A stretch of 39,311 nt of DNA. Source: Pseudogymnoascus verrucosus. Its lineage: Eukaryota. The stretch is taken from NCBI GenBank assembly GCA_001662655.1, contig KV460228.1; one strand, written 5' to 3'. The notes below the pieces were generated by a model that saw nothing but the letters and a program-made list of their open reading frames with translations, was not told where the DNA came from and searched no databases. Each line of letters begins with the position of its first letter. Position 1 is the stretch's first letter. Position numbers and translations under genes: made by a program. Of this stretch, positions 1-8,908 are shown one piece after another.

Positions 1-2049
1 GTATGCGAGCTCATCATCGCCTGCGGTTAGGGGCTGGGCTGAATCGTCTGGCGCAAGGACGACGTTGAGTGTGTGCAGGAAGATCCAGAAGACTTCCTTG
101 GTGACGTTTACGACCTCTTTGCACCAGACGCGGTAGGGACGCTCTTGGTGCATTTCCAGCACGAACGGCACCGGTCGTTCTTCCTCGGAGGGCATTGGGT
201 CGCGGAGGTGTTTTAGAAGGGTCTCTGCGCGCGCTTGGCGCTCGGGTAACGGCGCCGATTGGAGATACGTGAAGAGAAGGGAGCTGATAATCGTTCTTGT
301 TAAAAACTCACTCGGTCCCTTCTTCTCCTCATCAAAAAGCATACCCAGCAGCGCGGGGAAGAGCGAGGCCTGGATAAGTGCCAGATGCGACAGTGCGAGG
401 GCTGTGGTGCACAGTGCCTTGAGGCAGAGAAGTGACTCGTGAAGGAGTGCGTCCTCGTGCTCCTCTCGCCACTCAACAGCCATTATGCGGTGCAGTAAGG
501 CGATAATTTCTGTCATCCCACCGAGGGTGATGAACTCGTCTGTCCATGCTACGGTTTCGTTGCGGAGGAGCAGGCGGAGTTTGTGCAGCTTGCCGACCTC
601 GACAGACTCAGGCTTCTGCACTTTGCGAAGGTAGGCAACGAAGTCCGTGGCCAAGTGGCCCTTAGCTTTGGCAATGAGGTTGCTTGCCGCGCTGACGGTG
701 GCGGAGAGGGATTTACCCTTATCGGCTGTGCTATCTGAGGATTTTGTACGGGTGTGTCTGTTAGATGTCTCAGGCTTTGTCTCAGCGACATTTGCTCCCT
801 TCTTGCCGGATTTTGAGAGTGTGAATCCAGTGAATGTGCGGCTACGCGGGCGTTTGCTTTTTTGTGGCGAGGATTCAACTGTGTGTGACCCACTAGTTGT
901 GCTCTCCATGCTGCCAGCTGTTGTTGGGGGCTCTTTTTGAGAGGCTGCGGTCTCGGCCCAGTCCTGCCTTATGAAATCGATTTTCATCGTGTTGGCCAAG
1001 CTGCGCATCTTGTACCTCTGGTTCTCGGGTATATTTCTTCGGTCCAGCATAGCTTCGAACTCAGCATCAACGTCTCTCATATCCAGGGATGCTTCTGCCC
1101 CGGAGTTGTCTTCCTTCGGCTTTGCCTTCAAGTCCTGCTTGGACGGCAGCTTCTGTTCGGACTTCAGCACAGGTGTGGGTGCCACAGGTTGCTTCTGGTA
1201 AAACTGCTCTGTTGGAGACTCAGCGGCGCGAGTCCCTTCAAAGCTTGCAGGCCCAGCCTTGCTAGCTGGCCTACTGATATCCTGCACGATATAGCTGGCT
1301 GGAATCGACATGGAGTTTGGGCGTGATCCATCGCGCTGGCCCAGTGTAGGCGGCAAGCCTTCCTCAGCAAAGAAAGCGTCGTGATCATCAGAATAGCGTT
1401 CGTTTCCTGTGGGCACGTTGGTATCATCCTCGAGGAACCGGCCACCGAACTGCTGAGTGGCGAAATGCTGGCTAGAAAACTGTGTGTAAATTGGAGGTCG
1501 GGTAGGCGACTCCGGCGGCCTCGAGTTATTTGGTGGCTGGTTCTCTTTGTCTTTAATTGACATGAACCCAGCATCCGCAGCTAGCTTTTGGCGACTTTTG
1601 GAGGACCGCGGTCGTGTTAGAAGGGCTGCCAGATTGGTCGATGACTTTGACTTCTTCGGCTTGCGTTCCTTCTCCTCCTTGTTCTTATTTTCGTTGTCCT
1701 TGCTGGATAGTGACTTGAGTGAGATGGTGCTCAATGTCTTCTTGTGCAGGTATCGGAAGCCTTCCTTGTCCTTGCTCCGCTCGGCATCTTTGGACTTCCT
1801 CGGAGACGGAGGCTGTTCTACAGGCTTTTGTTGATTTTGATTGATCTCCCCCAGAGCTCTAGAATGAAAATAATCGGGGGGAGACACTGTCGCAGAGTTT
1901 GGTTGGTCATATCCAGGGGTAGCAACGAATATATCCGTTGGAGATGTCGATAATGGAGCTCCTTTGGAAGCCGATCGCTTGTGCATGAACGACCGCAACG
2001 CGGACTTCGTCCTCGTATGGTGGCGGGTGCTGTCCGTGGAATTCGACAT
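1..2049 (-). CDS. Formin GTPase-binding-domain (Drf_GBD) protein, Rid1-like; 3' end runs off the left edge of the window
   Basis: ATG at 2049 (MSNSTDSTRHHTRTKSALRSFMHKR...) is in the same frame as the translated segments near position 1. It is absent from the ORF track because there is no stop in the window. Motifs EFEAMLDRRNIPENQRYKMRSL, KLHKLRLLLRNETVAWTDEFI, EWREEHEDALLHESLLCLKALCTT and RPYRVWCKEVVNVTKEVFWIFLH match my recollection of fungal GBD/Rid1 proteins. Confidence 0.8.
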   Translation of the reverse strand, partial: MSNSTDSTRHHTRTKSALRSFMHKRSASKGAPLSTSPTDIFVATPGYDQPNSATVSPPDYFHSRALGEINQNQQKPVEQPPSPRKSKDAERSKDKEGFRYLHKKTLSTISLKSLSSKDNENKNKEEKERKPKKSKSSTNLAALLTRPRSSKSRQKLAADAGFMSIKDKENQPPNNSRPPESPTRPPIYTQFSSQHFATQQFGGRFLEDDTNVPTGNERYSDDHDAFFAEEGLPPTLGQRDGSRPNSMSIPASYIVQDISRPASKAGPASFEGTRAAESPTEQFYQKQPVAPTPVLKSEQKLPSKQDLKAKPKEDNSGAEASLDMRDVDAEFEAMLDRRNIPENQRYKMRSLANTMKIDFIRQDWAETAASQKEPPTTAGSMESTTSGSHTVESSPQKSKRPRSRTFTGFTLSKSGKKGANVAETKPETSNRHTRTKSSDSTADKGKSLSATVSAASNLIAKAKGHLATDFVAYLRKVQKPESVEVGKLHKLRLLLRNETVAWTDEFITLGGMTEIIALLHRIMAVEWREEHEDALLHESLLCLKALCTTALALSHLALIQASLFPALLGMLFDEEKKGPSEFLTRTIISSLLFTYLQSAPLPERQARAETLLKHLRDPMPSEEERPVPFVLEMHQERPYRVWCKEVVNVTKEVFWIFLHTLNVVLAPDDSAQPLTAGDDELAY

Positions 2050-2393
2050 AGTGGCCATCTTTATTGATATGATAATATATCAGGAGAACACTCTTGAATT
2101 TTTATTTCATGATTCCCTCAGTCGATGTTTCAGTCGTGGCGGTGAGTTGTCTTGACACTGGGTCGCTGGGTGCGACTTTGTTTTGCGAGACGTGGTTGTC
2201 ACGACAACAACACATATCTTATCACCGAAGTGGTGGGGGAAGGGTTCAACGAACCACGGCTGTCTTTCGGCCCAGGGACCACATCAAACATTCCCTAGCA
2301 ACCAGTCTTGCAATTCACGAATCTCCATTTAATAACATTGTATGCAACAGCAAGGGTTCTTTATATTTTGGTTCTAGCTCAAAATCTAAACAG

Positions 2394-3522
2394 CTACCAA
2401 CTGAAAACCCCACGCGTTCTGTCGAAGCCACCTCTAAGCTGCCGCTCTGGCTTCACAACCTTTCCTTGGAGGATTGTATACTTGACGATGTTCTCGCAGT
2501 CATTAGGGAAGACTCTCGCAAGCCAGATGCACTGAGCAGCACTATCCTCGACAATTTCGGCGTCAGCAGGCGTCGCTGGGACGTGAAAGTCGCCATTAGC
2601 TGTTGCCCTCTCCACGTCATCCAAGCCCCACGGGTTTTCTTTCCTGTACACCATCATATTGGCCGAATATTTGTGTCCACCAACATGGCTGATAAAGTAG
2701 ATTCCCACACCGCCTGGCCTCTCATCATCAAGGTCCCGGAAGAGACCCAACGGCCGCAAATGCCTCTCCAGTTCTTTCCGTAATAGCGGCGCGCTTTGCC
2801 CGCAACGGGCATCTCGTGTTCTTTGCGAGCATAAAAGTATTAACGCTTTGTGGGGGCATGGGCGAGCGACCAGCTCTGAGGCTGTTGGTAGCGGGTCTGG
2901 GAGTGATATAGGGACTGAATTCGGAAGTAGGCTCGAGGTGGTTGTTGGAGAATGATTGATGAAGGATGTGATTAAGTCGGGGACCGATGAAGGGGTGACA
3001 TTCTCGACAATTGTGAATGCGGGGAGGATTAAAACTGTCGTCGGTTCCGCATAATCGTTATGGTGTGTTGGGGTCGGAATATTCGACGCGGAGAGCTTTA
3101 ATTTCTGCAAGCAACCAGTTTGTTAGCAAGCTGCTGCTTCGTCTAGTAAAGGGTTGGCGACGGAGGTATCTTACACCATTACTTGGCTTGACGGAGGTCT
3201 TGTCAAACGCCTCCATTATGCTCCCCTTCTCGTCCCCGACGTCTCGTACCCAGTCCGTCTTTCCAGTCGCTACCAGTACATGAGTGCTCCATGCTTTAAT
3301 ATTCCCATAGATCTCGTCGCTTTCGTCAATTGAGAATTTCCTCGGGTACTTTATATCGCAGCTTGCGCAATCGTGGTTGCAATCGTCGCCATCAACAGAG
3401 GGATCGACCTTGGTAAATAAATTGTCAACCGCTGGTGTTTTTGATTCCGTCACAGTATTTGGCTCCTTCAACCCCAAAATACTCCTCTTCGCATTGTCAA
3501 TCAGATACCTGAAATCCGGCAT
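2394..3522 (-). CDS. APD1: Sucrase/ferredoxin-like (thioredoxin-like 2Fe-2S) protein, Apd1 family; exons 3522-3175 and 3104-2394
   Basis: Two ORFs joined by intron 3174-3105 (GTAAGA...GCTAAC...TTGCAG), frame preserved. Motifs DCNHDCASC, HVLVATGKTDW, LLCSQRTRDARCG and SHVGGHKYSAN. Confidence 0.85.
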
Positions 3523-3879
3523 CTTCGAGAGCTTAGCTTTCTCGTCGTGTAACACAAAAAGATGATGTTATTGGCGGGGAAAGTGCGTGGGGGGGGGGGG
3601 TAATGGCTTTATCTGATCTTGCGATGATGGAGATGGCGCAAAAGCGATTATCTAATCACCGCTGATCCGATCTAATCTGATGCACTATACCAGAGTTTGC
3701 CTAGTTAACAACGAAATCGCCGACAACGCCGATGAGAGCCCTCTGGAAAAGACTCCGAAATAACTGTGCAGACAAAAGAGTAGAGGAAAGACGTCAAAAA
3801 AATTCAGAACTCATAGCTTCTCGCGGCAGAATTGCTTACTATATCACTGCATCCCAGTAGTGAAGTTTTTGATGGTGTG

Positions 3880-3885
3880 ACGCGT
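3880..3885. promoter_or_regulatory. MCB box (ACGCGT) upstream of the OB-fold gene
   Basis: TGACGCGTCA palindrome about 220 bp upstream of ATG 4103, with further CGCG cores nearby (about 3924 and 3954). MCB/MBF control of DNA replication and repair genes is established in yeasts; function at this site is inferred. Confidence 0.4.
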
Positions 3886-4102
3886 CATATGCGCTCTCGT
3901 CCGACTTGAGTCCGAGACCGAGCCGCGACGTATGGTATTTTTGAGGCCATCCAACGCGATTACTCCGGCCATAACTCCGGGGCGGGTAGAGGTATCCGGA
4001 CCCGGCAGATGATAAACCCGGCCAAAGTAGCCTTGCAGGGTACTCAAGCCACAGTCACTCACAAAGAGACACGGTGAATGGGATTTTATGTGGCTTGAGA
4101 GT

Positions 4103-5275
4103 ATGGCTCCAAATATTCTCGTCTTCGCCGGTGCACCAATGCCTAGCTCCTTGGACTGGGAATTTGATGCTCTTATTGAGAATTTCTTGCCCCCAATCAG
4201 TCAATTTGCCGGGCTAAGCTACGACGCACATCCTTCGCCACTACCCACAGCATCTCATGAACATGTGCGGTGGCGCTCGTTGAGGGCTGCTTCTGAGCCA
4301 CTGGTATACAGTCAGCTCCAGGCTGGTGCTTCACCGGACGAAGACAAAGGAAATGCTGCCGCTCCTGCAGCTGCGGATTCGGCTCTTTCGTCATTTGGCA
4401 CGGATCAAAGCTTATCCTCTGCTCGGCAAGTTGATACGCAACCCCTCACTACTGAATTTACAGATGATATTACATCTCAATTTTATGAAGACTCGTTAGC
4501 TGTATATGAAAACCTCCCATCCTCTGCAATACCAGCTCCAGGGCCTGAGGATGATATATTACGACTAGACGCAGAGGCTGGAACCACTGCGTCCAATGCC
4601 ACTTCATTCTCTACCTCACTTGGGTTCTCATTCAACTCGCACTCAACAGCGCCATCTAATTTGCCGGTGCCGGATGGAGGACGAATTAATGAGTTGGGGT
4701 ATATCCCTAATTCAAAATACCTCCACTCAATTCAACCGCAGACCATGACAGTCAATATCATCGTTGGGATTATATCAATATCGCCGCCTCGGAGCATACA
4801 AACTCGCGGAGGATCTACCGTCGAGATTGTAGAATTGCTTGTCGGAGACGAGACTAGATCAGGTTTCGGGATCAACTGTTGGCTTCCACTGAATGTTGTT
4901 TCGAGGCCTACGGGAGGCCATCCTGATCTGAGGAGTTCTCTCAGTGGCCTTCGCCCTCAGGATATCATTTTGGTCCGAAATGTTGCCCTAACGAGCTTTC
5001 GTGGTAAAGTCTACGGCCAGAGCCTCAGGCGCGAGGTGACCAAGGTATATCTCTTGTTCCGGAATAGGATCGACAGAGAGGATGAGGGTGGCTGCTACAG
5101 TGTCCGAGATTTGAATACTACTATCGGCAGCGATACCCATCCCCAAGTTGCAAAGACAATTCGAGTGAGGGAATGGGTCCTTCGATTCGTTGGGCATGGC
5201 GCGGGCGCAATGAGAAGGACCGACGAAGGCAAAGTGGAAGTAGTCGACGAAAAGCTTCCGCCAGACACACAGTGA
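4103..5275 (+). CDS. OB-fold nucleic-acid-binding protein, SHLD2/FAM35A-OB1-like
   Basis: Intronless ORF, likely start MAPNILVFAGAP at 4103 (an upstream ATG exists at 4088). Low-complexity middle region. C-terminal beta-rich OB-like domain: TVNIIVGIISI...VELLVGDETRSGFGINCW...LRPQDIILVRNVALTSFRGKVYGQS. Confidence 0.7.
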   Translation: MAPNILVFAGAPMPSSLDWEFDALIENFLPPISQFAGLSYDAHPSPLPTASHEHVRWRSLRAASEPLVYSQLQAGASPDEDKGNAAAPAAADSALSSFGTDQSLSSARQVDTQPLTTEFTDDITSQFYEDSLAVYENLPSSAIPAPGPEDDILRLDAEAGTTASNATSFSTSLGFSFNSHSTAPSNLPVPDGGRINELGYIPNSKYLHSIQPQTMTVNIIVGIISISPPRSIQTRGGSTVEIVELLVGDETRSGFGINCWLPLNVVSRPTGGHPDLRSSLSGLRPQDIILVRNVALTSFRGKVYGQSLRREVTKVYLLFRNRIDREDEGGCYSVRDLNTTIGSDTHPQVAKTIRVREWVLRFVGHGAGAMRRTDEGKVEVVDEKLPPDTQ

Positions 5276-5403
5276 AACTGTTTTATACAATACGTAAGGC
5301 CTGTGCAAATATTATCTCCTCAGGTGACTACAGCAGTGTAATAATATTGAGTTGTATACAGATACTCTTATCAAGTGAAGGTCACTATCTATATATCACT
5401 ACA

Positions 5404-6336
5404 TCAGATCTTGGATTTCGTGCGCCAGTCATTCTTTGGCGGATCGGCATCGATCTGGTTCCACCATGGCCACACCGAAGGTGCATCTTTCGGCACTGTC
5501 CCCTTAAACTGTGCCTGCCGTTTCTCCAAGAACGACTTAATACCCTCCGCATTATCCTTGCTCTTGAACAAGTCCAGGATAACCCTGGAAGTGATCAATT
5601 GAGCTCCCTCAGGCGAGTCAGGTCCACGCCAAATCAGATCCTTGTTCATCTGTGTGCTGACAGTGCTGGTGTTCCTTGCGATGTCATCAGCCAGCTCCAG
5701 AGCCCTCGGGAGGACCTTCTCTGGGTCAACAATCTCCGAAAAGAGACCGTCGAGCAGAGGCGAGGTGGACGGGTAGACGTCGCCCGTGGTAACAACGTGC
5801 GTGGCCTTGCTGTACCCGAGAAGGCGGGGGAGGAAGAAGGCCGACGCTGCCTCCATGACCAGGCCGCGACGTGCGAAGACGAATCCAATCTTGGCCTTGT
5901 TGCTAACAATACGGATGCTCATGGGGAGCGTCATGGTGATTCCAACGCCAACAGCCGAGCCGTTGATGGCAGCGATCACGGGCTTCGTGCAGCGGAAAAT
6001 GGATAGGGAAGTGATGCCACCTCCGTCACGGTGCGTCCTGTCGGTGTCCTCGCCGAATTCGAAGCCAATGTCAAGATCTGCGCCAGCACAGAACATCTTG
6101 CCGTGGCCGGTGACGACGATAGACTTGACACGGTCGTCTGCGGAAAGAAGGGCGAAGGCATTGCTCATCTCCCGTGTCATAACCTCTGTGTAGGCATTGT
6201 ACTTTGCAGGTCGGTAGAGAGTGATGAGAATGACTGGAGTGGGAGTTGGAGAACTTGCTGGGACGTGGGAGACGCGGATCTGTGTGTATGGCACATCGGC
6301 GTAGTTCGCCGGCGGCGCAACTGGAAGATTAGACAT
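5404..6336 (-). CDS. Enoyl-CoA hydratase/isomerase (crotonase) family protein, probably peroxisomal
   Basis: Intronless, 310 aa. Crotonase motifs FCAGADL, KPVIAAINGSAVGVGITMTL, GFVFARRGLVMEA and EGIKSFLEKR. C-terminal -SKI is a PTS1-like tripeptide. Confidence 0.92.
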   Translation of the reverse strand: MSNLPVAPPANYADVPYTQIRVSHVPASSPTPTPVILITLYRPAKYNAYTEVMTREMSNAFALLSADDRVKSIVVTGHGKMFCAGADLDIGFEFGEDTDRTHRDGGGITSLSIFRCTKPVIAAINGSAVGVGITMTLPMSIRIVSNKAKIGFVFARRGLVMEAASAFFLPRLLGYSKATHVVTTGDVYPSTSPLLDGLFSEIVDPEKVLPRALELADDIARNTSTVSTQMNKDLIWRGPDSPEGAQLITSRVILDLFKSKDNAEGIKSFLEKRQAQFKGTVPKDAPSVWPWWNQIDADPPKNDWRTKSKI

Positions 6337-6936
6337 CGTTTTTTGCGGCTGTATGGTGAATGAATATAAAATCGTAGATGGATTCTAGTATAAGATCGCC
6401 AAACCTCACCTTGGGCTACTCAAGCTACTATAGCTTTAGTTGTTAAATAATAGAAAGCCGCAGAGTACCTCGGCATAGATCCAACTGGATGATGGAGCAC
6501 CAGATGTCAAGGTACCCGGGTTGGTCTCCACCAAACAACCGAGTCCAGAATGCGGGGTACGACGGTACGTACTTCTTAACCTGGAGACGACCCGTCGCTT
6601 CATCAACATGCTCGCTCCTGATATCATCATCACAACGAGCATTCTGTCCAAAGAGCAACTAAGGGCCTGGTAATATATGATAGATATCCGCTTGCGTCGC
6701 TCGCTATGGATTTTCTGCTCTCTTATGACAAAGGGAGGCAACGACCACCGAACCCGTCTGTTATGATCTGCATATGGTAAGAGCAATTTCTTTGTTTTCT
6801 CATTTCTATAATCATATAGAAATATTCTTTGTCTGATCATTATATCACCCGTCATCCATCCAGCACCATCCTTTTCATTATTTCCAATACAGTTGGCAAA
6901 AAAACGAATTTCAGGCCTGCATTTTTATATTTCAAA

Positions 6937-8638
6937 ATGAGAACCCCTCCTCGTACTCTGCCCGGCCGCCGGGGCACCAGCCCTCCTGGCCCTGTTGAGA
7001 CACCGCCGCCTGGAGGGGAAGGTGCCAACACTGGCCCGGTTACACCGCCGAACAACAGCCCTCCATTGCCGCCGCCTGGAGGGGGAGGAACCAGCAGTGG
7101 CCAGATTACACCGCCAGACAACAGCCCGCCAGTGCCGCCTCCTGGAGGGGGAGGTACTGGCAGTGGCCCGATTACACCCCCAATTCACAGCCCGCCACCG
7201 CAAGCAAACGCCCAGGAGAAAGGAGTGCGAATAGGAAATGTACCATTTACCATGCTTGACAGGAAGTAAGTGTACCAACGCTGTAACAGGTGTAAATGGC
7301 TATGTATAATCAGCCTGCTAACCACACCAGATTTGGGAGAAAAGACCAGGACTTGCTTCAACAACTGATCAATGATCTACGTCATCGGGGCCAAAGGCCA
7401 GAGCCTGCAAAAAAGGGGCCCTTTTCACATCTTCCCCCTTCTCAAATCAGACATGTCAAAGGACGCCTCGGGAATGTAGTCATGGCCCCAGATGAAGACT
7501 TTGTTGTCAGACTCCTTGAACCCTCTCGTCATACGGATGGCCCCCAGTCCGATGAGTTCTTTGATAATTTGTTCACCGAGGCCAATAAAATCGTCACCAG
7601 CTTTGTTGTTAATAACTTCGGGGGTTTCGATATCAAACCTGACGAGCTTGAGGGGAAGCGGCCTTGGAACGAAATGAACGCCTCACCTCTCTTCATAAGT
7701 CTGGCGGAATTGGTTCAGGATGTTGACCCTGATGACTCCAAGAGCTGGGACTCGTTGCTCTACGACGAGAGGAAACGATGCATGATGATAATGGGCATGA
7801 TCGCACGCATCTTCGTTGATAAAGTGTTTAGCCCCCTTTTATTCGGATGCACACCAAATCAAGATACCATGCTGAATGCCCTCGAAACGGATATGGCTGA
7901 AAAAAACTCGGATGATGGTATGTTTCACTCCCCAACTGAGGTTTATTCCATCAAACCTGACGTCTATTAGGATTTGTGCGCACAAAAACTCGCAGCAGGG
8001 CTATCCGGGAAGTCCTTGACGGCGAGGTACTTCCCGTAAACTTCTACGATGAAGTAGAGTTGCTCTCACTGAACATATTTGGTCTGTTCAACCCCGTTTC
8101 CGCCTACCTGGAGAAATATAGGATGAAGCATAACTTGGAAGTGTCAATACCAACTCGCGAGGAACAATTCGCTGCACTATTTGATATGGTCAGTGGCACA
8201 GCTTGGCTATCAATCTGCCGACGACTTCACCCCGATCCCATCATCCTCCGTATGTCGGAGCTTGGTGATGAGTTCAAGGAGGATTTGCATGTAGTCGCTA
8301 ATTATGACGAATACTGCGCGAACAAGGGCAGGGTCTTGAAACTTCAGTACGATAGACTCGGGCAGGAGATAGAGAATGGGCTTCTTAAGCAAAAAGGCGT
8401 GAGTGTAGAGGAGTTACCTCCCACTGAGATTTTGAAGGATAGGACGTGGCTGGTAAGAACAGTGGTATGGCCATCCGTCAACATCTATTCGCCTGTATAT
8501 GGAGATGGAGCAGGTGGTCAAAGTGGTGTTTCAGACTACAGTATCCAAAAATGTGAGGTAGCTGCCCAGTGGGTAGTGCCGCGGAACAATAGGGCGTCAG
8601 TCAGTCCTTCTTTACGAGAATGGGCTAAGTTAACATGA
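6937..8638 (+). CDS. Hypothetical protein with an N-terminal Pro/Gly-rich tandem repeat; exons 6937-7265, 7331-7917, 7971-8638
   Basis: Three consecutive ORFs joined in frame by introns 7266-7330 (GTAAGT...GCTAAC...CAG) and 7918-7970 (GTATGT...CTGAC...TAG). ATG 6937 is in a CAAAATG context. No family recognised. Confidence 0.75.
7003..7200 (+). repeat. Coding tandem repeat, 3 x 66 bp (22 aa; PPPGGGGT.SGPITPP.NSPP.)
   Basis: CCGCC(G/T)CCTGGAGGGG recurs at 7003, 7069 and 7135, an exact 66-bp period. Confidence 0.9.
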
Positions 8639-8908
8639 GGCGGAGTAGGATGGGAGTCTGTTTACTACTCTAGTGGATACTGGCAACAGGCTACCGAAGA
8701 CGGCATTGGCACCGTGGAGTACGGCGGAATATGTTTTATTGCAGTACAGTCAGAGTATAAGTGGAGGAGTTTAAATTTGGATACTTTCTTTCATACGTTC
8801 ATAAGATGTGGTATAGTTTGTCTGTGGTAGTTTTGCCAGGTTTTGCCAGAAGTAGCTTATTATTATTATGACCTCCTCTAAGATAGCAATATAACTGCTG
8901 GCCAAATA

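Noticed and set aside
2094..2783. 229-aa plus-strand ORF
   Set aside because: It starts at TTG, is largely antisense to the Apd1-like gene and has no recognisable motifs.
3588..3600. Poly-G run upstream of the Apd1-like gene
   Set aside because: A simple homopolymer with no further supporting structure.
5173..6006. 277-aa plus-strand ORF
   Set aside because: It is an antisense shadow of the enoyl-CoA hydratase and overlaps the end of the OB-fold gene out of frame.
6436..6855. Short ORFs between the enoyl-CoA hydratase and the orphan gene
   Set aside because: No recognisable domain or convincing splice pattern, so a gene call cannot be supported.
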